Shown here: in pieces, positions 56,131 through 63,834 of the stretch
Numbering within the stretch: position 1 is the first letter of the stretch
Layout: each line of letters begins with the position of its first letter
Assembly (NCBI GenBank): GCA_045627865.1
Contig: JAZQOK010000018.1
Location: forward strand, 41,193 to 105,192
Direction: 5' to 3'
Source of the DNA: Bacteroidales bacterium
GTDB taxonomy: Bacteria > Bacteroidota > Bacteroidia > Bacteroidales > UBA3663
DNA length: 64,000 bases
The notes under the pieces: generated by a model
The model's database searches: none
The model's input: only the letters and a program-made list of their open reading frames with translations
What the model was told of the DNA's origin: nothing
Position numbers and translations under genes: made by a program

Positions 56131-56883
56131 ATGAAAAAATTATTTTTCATTCTATCCTTCTCCCTTTTCCTTTCTCCCTTTTCCTTTCTCCTCGCAGAGG
56201 ATACTGGCGTAGGCATCGAGGTTTCGGCATCGAAGAAGATCGTCAAAGGACTGGAGGCTTCGGTCGAGGCAGAAGTCCGCACACAAGATGCAGTAAGCCA
56301 AATGGAGCGCTGGAGTATCGGCGCTGGCATAGATTATAAGATACTCAAGTGGCTCAAGGCAGATGCCGGTTATATCCTGATCGATCGTTACAAACCATCG
56401 CACTCCTATCTTTCGGACAAAGGCAACCTGAAGGAGGTGGAAAGTATCTGGTCGCCACGACACAGGGCCTATGCCTCGGTCAACGCCAGTTGGAAGCCCA
56501 ACAAGCATTGGGATTTCTCGCTCCGCGAACGATATCAGTTTACTTACGAAACCGAACAGCATGCCAAGTGCATGAACCTGACGAAGAACAAACGCGATGA
56601 CGACAAAGTGTATGGTGGCGAGGCAGAACACCTGCTCCGTTCACGCATCCAGGCCAAGTATATCATCAAGAAGAAATGTCCGTGGGTTCCTTTCGCCAAC
56701 ATCGAGGCACTCAACGATCTGGAGAAGGGATTCGAACTCGACCAGATGCGATACACCCTCGGCACAGACTATAAAATCAACAAAAAGAATTCATTGGGCC
56801 TCGCCTATCGTTTCAAGGACAAGACAACCAAAGACGAAGACAAAGGCCATTTAATCACTTTCAGTTACAGCTATGACTTCTAA
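56131..56883 (+). CDS. putative outer-membrane beta-barrel protein (DUF2490-like)
   Basis: Signal peptide, alternating hydrophobic beta-strand pattern, and a C-terminal ...ITFSYSYDF ending in Phe as in OMP barrels. Confidence 0.5.
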   Translation: MKKLFFILSFSLFLSPFSFLLAEDTGVGIEVSASKKIVKGLEASVEAEVRTQDAVSQMERWSIGAGIDYKILKWLKADAGYILIDRYKPSHSYLSDKGNLKEVESIWSPRHRAYASVNASWKPNKHWDFSLRERYQFTYETEQHAKCMNLTKNKRDDDKVYGGEAEHLLRSRIQAKYIIKKKCPWVPFANIEALNDLEKGFELDQMRYTLGTDYKINKKNSLGLAYRFKDKTTKDEDKGHLITFSYSYDF

Positions 56884-57931
56884 ATTATCATGGGCGTTGG
56901 CATTAACCCTGACGCTGACATTAACCGCCTGCAACGATGACGACAAGCCCTACATCGACCAAGGACCAGATCCAGTTGTAATTACCCGCACCATGGCCGA
57001 TTCCATCTGGATGGAGCAACTCGGACAAGGCACCCCAACCATGACCGAAGCCGACGTTCCATCGGACACAGCCCAGGCCTATTACGACGACTACATCCAG
57101 AACTGGATTATGCCCGACGAGGAGATTCGAGACATCGAAATCACCTTTACCAACGATACCGTAACCTGGAAATACCCAGACGAGAAGAAACAAGGCACAG
57201 CCAAGGCGGTAAAGATGGAGGCTCATGGGGCACACCTCATTGTCCGAAACGAGAACGTAACGGAAACGGGTGAAGCCGATGGTCGCGCGCGTGTAAACTA
57301 TGTTTTAAGAGGACAATCCGAGCATGCCTCAATCCGCATCTACAGCAACAAGAAGTTCATGATTACCCTCGATGATGCTCAGCTCACGAACGACAAAGGT
57401 TCGGTCATCAACGTGCAGAAGTCGCTCGAAAAGAAGCGTGTGTTTATCTGTCTGAAAGGCAACAACTATATCGCCGATGCAACACAATATAGCGATACCG
57501 TGGTTGGCGAAGACGACAAGGGAGCCATCTTCAGCGAAGGCAAGATGATCATTACCGGCAACGGAGTCCTGAAAGTAAAGGGCAACTGCGGTCATGCTAT
57601 TGCCAGCGACGACCGCATCCACATTCACGGAGGCGCAATGGTCGAAATCGAAGAGGCTGCCAAAGATGGTCTTCATGCCAAAGAGGAGATAGTCATCTCA
57701 GGCGGTTGGGTTCGCAGTTTTGCAGCCAAAGATGCCGTTCAGGGCGCATCACTCTACTTGCGTGGCGGTTGTCTGATGGCTGCCGGACCCAACGCAGTTT
57801 CTGCACCTGTGTTCGACTACTCTGGCGGTCAATTCTGTCTGGTCGGCAACAGCACCGACACACCGACTTCCGGTTCTACTTCCTGGATCCTGACCGAGAA
57901 TCCTGGTTGGGTAATCGTTACCAGCAAATAA
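56873..57931 (+). CDS. lipoprotein with Cthe_2159-type beta-helix ('carbohydrate-binding domain-containing protein')
   Basis: Lipobox LTLTAC. Repetitive beta-helix rungs (KGAIFSEGKMIITGNGVLKVKGNCGHAIASDDRIHIHGGAMVEIEEAAKDGLHAKEEIVISGG). Overlaps the upstream gene by 11 nt. Confidence 0.55.
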   Translation: MTSKLSWALALTLTLTLTACNDDDKPYIDQGPDPVVITRTMADSIWMEQLGQGTPTMTEADVPSDTAQAYYDDYIQNWIMPDEEIRDIEITFTNDTVTWKYPDEKKQGTAKAVKMEAHGAHLIVRNENVTETGEADGRARVNYVLRGQSEHASIRIYSNKKFMITLDDAQLTNDKGSVINVQKSLEKKRVFICLKGNNYIADATQYSDTVVGEDDKGAIFSEGKMIITGNGVLKVKGNCGHAIASDDRIHIHGGAMVEIEEAAKDGLHAKEEIVISGGWVRSFAAKDAVQGASLYLRGGCLMAAGPNAVSAPVFDYSGGQFCLVGNSTDTPTSGSTSWILTENPGWVIVTSK

Positions 57932-57989
57932 GAGGACAAGACACAAATATAAACAGCCCAGTTGCAAATCTGTAACTGGGCTGTTTTTG

Positions 57990-60900
57990 TTATTTTACCA
58001 ACTTGCCATTTCGAATATGAATACCACCAATAGGTTGAAGTAGTTTGCGTCCCTGCAGATCGTACAATTCAGCATCTCGGCGATCATCATCGACAAGAGT
58101 CTCTATTCCATCGACTGCCGTAAGTCGCAGGCATCCATCCTGACAGAGAGTCGAAGTATCCCAAGCATAGCCTTCGCAAGGAATGGCAGGCTCGACCGTA
58201 AAGGTACCTGAAAGCACTATGCCCGTAGCACCTGAGAAAATCTGGAGGATAGAGCCAGGTGCTATTGTAGAACCATCTCTACTCACCAAACGCAGGACAG
58301 GCGAAGTCATGGTAACGCGCGATGCCTTGATTTGATCACAAACTGTTCCTGCTGAGGAATAGCCGACAGAGAGGACTGCACCGGCATGGATGGTCAGATT
58401 ACTGATCGAAGCGCTCTTCTTGTCTGTGCTTGCCAACGATCCGCTATAGACATGCACCGGACCAACTGCCTCTCCAGTCAAAGTCATCGTACCTGTACCA
58501 TATTTATTGAGGGTAGCGCCCGTCTCAACAACGCCGCCAAAGATAAAATCCTCGTTCCGATAACCGACATTCCAGACGCTGGTACCAATCGTTCCGGAAC
58601 CGGTCAATGAACCCACCTTGTGCGTATAAGAACTGGCAGTACCAGAACCCGCTTTCATGCCCGAAGCATAAGCATCCTTGTCCAATTGCAGCACAGCCTT
58701 CGAGAGATCCATCGCCTGCACAAAACGGCAATTGGCAGTAGTAACCTGATAGGTTCCCTCGAAGGCGGAAGTGTTGGTATAGACATCGCCTCGCACGTAT
58801 GGGAAGGAGATCTTATAGATACCCTTACCCTTCAACGATCCCTTGATCGTACAACGGCTACCGGCTTTGAAGGTACAGGTCTTGGCAGAATCGATTTCCA
58901 GAACATTTCCGAAGTTTGGAATGGTCGAGGTCGAGTTGGCGTCGAACATAACAATAGTAGAATTGCCCGTGACGTGGATGGTAGAGCCCTCTTTGCCGAA
59001 GGTTGTTCTCCAACTACCCATGGCCAATGTTCCTGCCTGCAGGATGGTTCCAGCCCAAGTATTGGCACCATCGTAAGTGATATTCAGCTGTCCGGTACCC
59101 GTCTTGTGCAACAGGCCCTTACCAGTAATGATTCCCTTCAGTGCCGTTGTGCCCGAAGAGATCTGAATGGTAGCGGTATCGTTCAGGGTCATGCCACGAT
59201 TGGTAGCCGCATTACTGTTGTTGACGGCCAAAGTAGCCTTGCCCATCTGGAGGTTAGTTGCGGTCGAAGCAGCAGCACCCAGACATGAAGGCAGACCGCC
59301 ATCGGCCAGATCCTTGACAACAACCGTACCCTCGTTGATGATGGTTGCTCCCGTATAATCGCTCTTGGTGGCATTCAGTATCAGTCTGCCCGTACCATTC
59401 TTGACCAAAGAACCTGTACCCGACAATCCACCTGCACCCTGGAAGGTATAATCCTTGGTACTATTGACCTCGACACGACCCACAGGCATCAGTTCAGGGA
59501 TTGTAACGGTAGTCACAGCACCACGGTCATCGAACAGGACAGAATCGGAGGTAACGAAAGCGGTTGACTCCTCTCCATGCATCCAGTTCTGAAGTTTATA
59601 GTCCCAAGTACCGCCCTCAGCACCCGTCCAGACAACATCGTTGGTAGCCGAGCGTTGTCCGTTGATGCGAAGCTGAATCCTATGATCTTCATTAACAATA
59701 TCGTAGCTGATACCCGTCAGGCCGCGTACCTTAAAGAGATCCAATGAGCCCGAGAAGGAGCCTGTATAGCTGATGAGCGGATAAGTTCCGGCTTGGGCTT
59801 CATCTCCCTCGATGGTGAAGCAGGTGGTCTTCGAGACCGACAAATCTCCTTGGACAGAGAGCAGACTCTTTCGGTCCAGATTGATTTCGATGTAATTCTC
59901 CTGATTGAGCGACAGGCTGCCATTGACCCGTAATGTATCCAATGGACGGATACGACCACCTTCGTAGTTCAAAGCACCCTCGAAAGTAATGGCAGCCACC
60001 TGACCCGAACCGGACAAAGTACCACGGGCACGCAGATCCACAACGCCGGTCAAAGTGCCATCCACCTGAAGCGTTCCCTCGGAGATGATTGTCTTACCGG
60101 CGACACGGCTCGATGGATTCAGGACAGCAGTTCCCGGTTGGCTCTTCCACAAGGTGGTATTGGCCGACAAGTCTCCATTCAGGGACAAGATCTGCCCCTT
60201 GACTGGCATCACATAGACATTCCTCTTGTCGGCAGGCAGAGAGACCGTTGCAGAGCCCTCTGTGAGTCCGTACACCGCATTATCGGCCGCTGTCTGGATG
60301 AATGGTGGCAACGGTGGACGAGGCATGTCATAGCCCAAATAGAAGCTGGTATTGGGGGACTGATAATAACCTCGGTTGGTGATCTGTCCGAAGTAGTTAG
60401 GATCCTGCAACAGACAGTAGATCTTCTTGTCGGAAGAGGTAATGCCTGTGGTCAGACCGACAAAGCCGCACTCCTCGCCATTGATGATCTGCTTGAGGAT
60501 CAGTTCCTCGCGCCAATCGCCATAGATATCGCCCCAGAACATAGCACGAACGGCATTCTCGGCAGCCAGAGTCCAGCTGCTTTCGCTCGAGATGGAGAAG
60601 ATACGAGACCAGGTGGCCGTCTTATTGTACTTGGCGATGATGACTGGGCAGTTGTTGCCCGAACCGGAGGTCATGACGCTCTCACGTCCGAGGTCGCCAT
60701 CCCACCAGATGCCTTCGTATGGATAAGGCTTTTCGGTTCCAATCTGATCACCTTTGGCATTATAGATATTCGGCATGGTTGACCACATCTCGTAGCCCTT
60801 GTGCGCAGGATCGACATCCATACACTCGCCACGGCCCACGTCGCCTACAGCCGAGAGATACCACTTCTTGATCGGTTTGCCAGTCGAAGCATCGTACAGG

Positions 60901-62336
60901 ATCTGGCCCAACATGTCGGGCGCATTCTGCTGGATAGCGAAGATCTCCTGACCCGGACGATCGGGATCGATATCCGACATACGGAAACGGTCTCCGTGTG
61001 AGATTCCCGAAGTCCAGAGCAGCTTGCCATCGTGATCGACGGCACATTGGCCGTTCATTACCTCATCCTTGCCATCGCCATCCACATCTCCGATACGGAT
61101 ATGGTGGAACTCGCTCAGGTTCGAATAGTCGTGGAACTTGAAGATCCACTTCTCCTTGAAGGTTCCGTTCTCGTAACCATAGGCATAGGTGAAATAGTGG
61201 TGATTGCCATCGCTCGTACGACATTGGAACTGGGCCACGGCACTCTGATTCACACCATCCAGATAGGCTGTACCCATGGCAGGCGACGGATAGGAATACT
61301 CATCCTTCATGAAAGCCGACTTATTTGTTCGGGTATAGGTCATATCCTTATCCTTGGGCAGGGTCATGGCGCAGATATCCTTCTGCTGACCCGTCAGACC
61401 ATCGATCACCACAAAATACCATTGTGGATTCTTTCCCTTGTCGTACCAGGTGTAGTTGGTGATGCCGTCGCCATCGATGTCAGGATTGCTTCCATCGCTC
61501 GAAACTGTCACCATGCCGGTACCTGAGGCTGACATCTGCTCCCCATTATAGTAAAGGTATGGGCCGAAGTCTTTCTTCTGGGCATCCCAGAAACGGGCAC
61601 CCTCCGCCAACTGGATGATAACCTCACCCTTGCCATCGCCATCGAAGTCACCAACAGTCAGACCATCGTTCTGTCCGCCGAAGGAATAGTAATGGATACC
61701 GAGATTGACGGTCCAAAGATGCTTGCCCTGACGATTGTAAGCTTCGAGGCAGTCACCACCTAACTTATCGTCGCCCCAACCATAGCAACCGTTCTGGTCT
61801 TTGGCTGTATAGACACGATTCACGACATACTCCATCTCTCCATCGCCATCCAGATCGACCGGCCAACAGAACTTGGTGACGAAAGTCAATCCATCGTGGT
61901 CATAGATTGGAGAACCTGCCTGCTTGAAGTTGACTGCAACGAAGGCATTGGAGAGATTGACCTTCTCCGAAGCAGACTTTGACAAGGCATAGTTGTGAAA
62001 CACAAAGGGGACAGACGACGCACCCTCCTGCCCCTGATCATCGATCAAGGTTACATAGATAGAGGCGCCCTCTGGCACTTGGGAGGTTGTCGCTGTGTAG
62101 TTGGTTAACGAAACTGGGGTGGAGTTGAGTTTGCTGTAACTGGCTCCATCCTTGGCCACATAAATATTGTAGGTAGCATCTTCAGGATCCTGAATCAATC
62201 GACGCCAGGAGATCATGATTCCTGACGAAGACTTGCTGGCTACAACACCACGGCCTAACTTCTGCACACGTTGTGCGGGCAGAACTGTCGAGAGAGAAAG
62301 CAGGGCGAATGTGATGCCCCATGTGAGTTTGTTCAT
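57990..62336 (-). CDS. rhamnogalacturonan lyase (PL11 beta-propeller) fused to autotransporter-associated beta-strand repeats and a T9SS sorting tail
   Basis: The N-terminal half has propeller Ca-site repeats (DLDGDGEMEYVV, VGDFDGDGKGEV, DIDGDGITNY, IGDVDGDGKDEV, WWDGDLGRE, WGDIYGDWREEL). The C-terminal half has PATR-like units (GTGRLILNATKSDYTGATIINEGTV, GTGQLNITYDGANTWAGTILQAGTL, GTGTMTLTGEAVG). The tail is LYDLQGRKLLQPIGGIHIRNGKLVK. Confidence 0.75.
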   Translation of the reverse strand: MNKLTWGITFALLSLSTVLPAQRVQKLGRGVVASKSSSGIMISWRRLIQDPEDATYNIYVAKDGASYSKLNSTPVSLTNYTATTSQVPEGASIYVTLIDDQGQEGASSVPFVFHNYALSKSASEKVNLSNAFVAVNFKQAGSPIYDHDGLTFVTKFCWPVDLDGDGEMEYVVNRVYTAKDQNGCYGWGDDKLGGDCLEAYNRQGKHLWTVNLGIHYYSFGGQNDGLTVGDFDGDGKGEVIIQLAEGARFWDAQKKDFGPYLYYNGEQMSASGTGMVTVSSDGSNPDIDGDGITNYTWYDKGKNPQWYFVVIDGLTGQQKDICAMTLPKDKDMTYTRTNKSAFMKDEYSYPSPAMGTAYLDGVNQSAVAQFQCRTSDGNHHYFTYAYGYENGTFKEKWIFKFHDYSNLSEFHHIRIGDVDGDGKDEVMNGQCAVDHDGKLLWTSGISHGDRFRMSDIDPDRPGQEIFAIQQNAPDMLGQILYDASTGKPIKKWYLSAVGDVGRGECMDVDPAHKGYEMWSTMPNIYNAKGDQIGTEKPYPYEGIWWDGDLGRESVMTSGSGNNCPVIIAKYNKTATWSRIFSISSESSWTLAAENAVRAMFWGDIYGDWREELILKQIINGEECGFVGLTTGITSSDKKIYCLLQDPNYFGQITNRGYYQSPNTSFYLGYDMPRPPLPPFIQTAADNAVYGLTEGSATVSLPADKRNVYVMPVKGQILSLNGDLSANTTLWKSQPGTAVLNPSSRVAGKTIISEGTLQVDGTLTGVVDLRARGTLSGSGQVAAITFEGALNYEGGRIRPLDTLRVNGSLSLNQENYIEINLDRKSLLSVQGDLSVSKTTCFTIEGDEAQAGTYPLISYTGSFSGSLDLFKVRGLTGISYDIVNEDHRIQLRINGQRSATNDVVWTGAEGGTWDYKLQNWMHGEESTAFVTSDSVLFDDRGAVTTVTIPELMPVGRVEVNSTKDYTFQGAGGLSGTGSLVKNGTGRLILNATKSDYTGATIINEGTVVVKDLADGGLPSCLGAAASTATNLQMGKATLAVNNSNAATNRGMTLNDTATIQISSGTTALKGIITGKGLLHKTGTGQLNITYDGANTWAGTILQAGTLAMGSWRTTFGKEGSTIHVTGNSTIVMFDANSTSTIPNFGNVLEIDSAKTCTFKAGSRCTIKGSLKGKGIYKISFPYVRGDVYTNTSAFEGTYQVTTANCRFVQAMDLSKAVLQLDKDAYASGMKAGSGTASSYTHKVGSLTGSGTIGTSVWNVGYRNEDFIFGGVVETGATLNKYGTGTMTLTGEAVGPVHVYSGSLASTDKKSASISNLTIHAGAVLSVGYSSAGTVCDQIKASRVTMTSPVLRLVSRDGSTIAPGSILQIFSGATGIVLSGTFTVEPAIPCEGYAWDTSTLCQDGCLRLTAVDGIETLVDDDRRDAELYDLQGRKLLQPIGGIHIRNGKLVK

Positions 62337-62359
62337 AAGAGAGAGTTATTTCGTTTCGG

Positions 62360-62520
62360 GATTCAAGATTCGGGATTCAAGATTCGGGATTAACGATTAT
62401 CGATTAGCGATTAGCGAACATCGTGCATCGTGCATCGTGCATCGTGCATCGTGCATCGGTTATCGTGCATCGTGAATCGTGCATCGTGCATCGGTTATCG
62501 TGCATCGTTTATCGGTCTAC
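62360..62520. repeat. 23 consecutive heptamers in unbroken 7-bp phase (GATTCAA/GATTCGG/GATTANC/GTGCATC families)
   Basis: Every unit starts with G. GTGCATC accounts for 10 of the 23 units. The array fills most of the gap between the kinase stop (TAG at 62517-62519, inside the last unit) and the PL11 start (62336). Confidence 0.95.
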
Positions 62521-63668
62521 CAATCAAACAATCTGTCGCCCCAAGGATAACTACCCGGTTTGAAGATTACATGAATGGAAGGAGATTGGACGGAACGCAT
62601 ACGGACCACGCCAGGAGCAATCTGATCTGTGATCTCGAAGTCAGTCCAGCAGAGACGCTGCATGACGGCAAAAGCGGTAGCACCACCCTCGATGATCAGT
62701 TCTGAAGGAAGCATTTTTTCGACCAACGACAGAACGACCGACGACATCTCTGTACGCAGGCGTAAGGCTGAAGCTGGAGAACAACTGCTTTCGTATGGAA
62801 TATTCAGAATCAGGCCATTGCGGGCAGGCTGGATGGCAGCACGCGAGAGGTGTCGGACCTGGATGGTAGCCAGCCAATAGGCTCCACCCTGATTGCCATC
62901 GAACACATCGCGAGGCATCGAGTTGATAGGGATCTCACGTTTGCGGATGTAGGGACGGGACGAGAGGTCGGTGCTTTGGGTAGAACCGCAGACGATCAGC
63001 GGAACAGCAGTACGGCTCATACCTGCGAACTCTTTGTCCGATGACTGGACATGTCCAAGATATTCGAGCAGTCCGGCAAACAGATCGGCAGCACCCGCCA
63101 ACAAGGTCAGGTCTGGTCCCTGCATCGCCTGACGAACCGCCTGACGGATATCCTCCTGGCAGATGGCATCGCACACACGGATACGGCTCATCGGAGTAAT
63201 CTGCAGACGCAGGCAGATACTGGCTGTATGGGCAGGGAACTCGGGGTCGAGCGCGAACTTGGTCTGATCGATCGGTTCATTGTCGATATAGTAACAGCCA
63301 CCACGGATGGTGCGACCCTTGCTTGGATTGGCCGGAAGATAGAGTACCTGCTGATAGGCGGTATTTTCGAGCAACGTCTGCAATTCTCCCACCACATAGC
63401 CACGAAGGGCGGAATCCACCTTCTTGAAGAGAATCAGTCGCTCGGAGGCGGTAGCGAAAGTTGTCTGCAGTTTGCGGCAGATATTCTGAGTTTCGGCTAT
63501 GGCCTGCACCTCCGACATCGATCGGGTGTCGGTAGCCAACACCACCAGCTGCGACTTAGGCAGAGAATCGGGCACTCGCGTCAACAAAGTTGTCGTGAGT
63601 CCATTGGCATAGCCCAAGCCTGCAATCTCGGCGGCTCCGGTTATATCGTCTGCAATTACGAATATCAT
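62517..63668 (-). CDS. four-carbon acid sugar kinase family protein (DUF1537-type)
   Basis: N-terminal MIFVIADDITGAAEIAG is characteristic, and the two-domain size (383 aa) fits. Confidence 0.7.
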   Translation of the reverse strand: MIFVIADDITGAAEIAGLGYANGLTTTLLTRVPDSLPKSQLVVLATDTRSMSEVQAIAETQNICRKLQTTFATASERLILFKKVDSALRGYVVGELQTLLENTAYQQVLYLPANPSKGRTIRGGCYYIDNEPIDQTKFALDPEFPAHTASICLRLQITPMSRIRVCDAICQEDIRQAVRQAMQGPDLTLLAGAADLFAGLLEYLGHVQSSDKEFAGMSRTAVPLIVCGSTQSTDLSSRPYIRKREIPINSMPRDVFDGNQGGAYWLATIQVRHLSRAAIQPARNGLILNIPYESSCSPASALRLRTEMSSVVLSLVEKMLPSELIIEGGATAFAVMQRLCWTDFEITDQIAPGVVRMRSVQSPSIHVIFKPGSYPWGDRLFDW

Positions 63669-63672
63669 TTAA

Positions 63673-63756
63673 TAGTTTTCAGTTTTGAGTTTTGAGTTTT
63701 CAGTTTTGAGTTTTCAGACGGTGCGGTGCGTGTCGGACACGCTGCGGAGTCGGAGA
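63673..63756. repeat. six (C/G)AGTTTT heptamers running into GC-rich heptamer-phased sequence with a 15-bp palindrome
   Basis: tagtttt/cagtttt/gagtttt/gagtttt/cagtttt/gagtttt at 63673-63714. The palindrome gcgtgtc-g-gacacgc is at 63728-63742. Confidence 0.85.
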
Positions 63757-63834
63757 GAAATGCTCAGGAATGAATAGAAAACAATATTGTTCAGCAAAGA
63801 TTTCAGCTTTCAGTTTTCAGCAAGGGGTGCTCAG

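Noticed and set aside
62215-62705. ORFs 62215-62475(+) and 62430-62705(+) (MHRASCIVHRASC...)
   Set aside because: These are periodic peptides produced by reading the heptamer array. They overlap the well-supported kinase and PL11 genes on the opposite strand.
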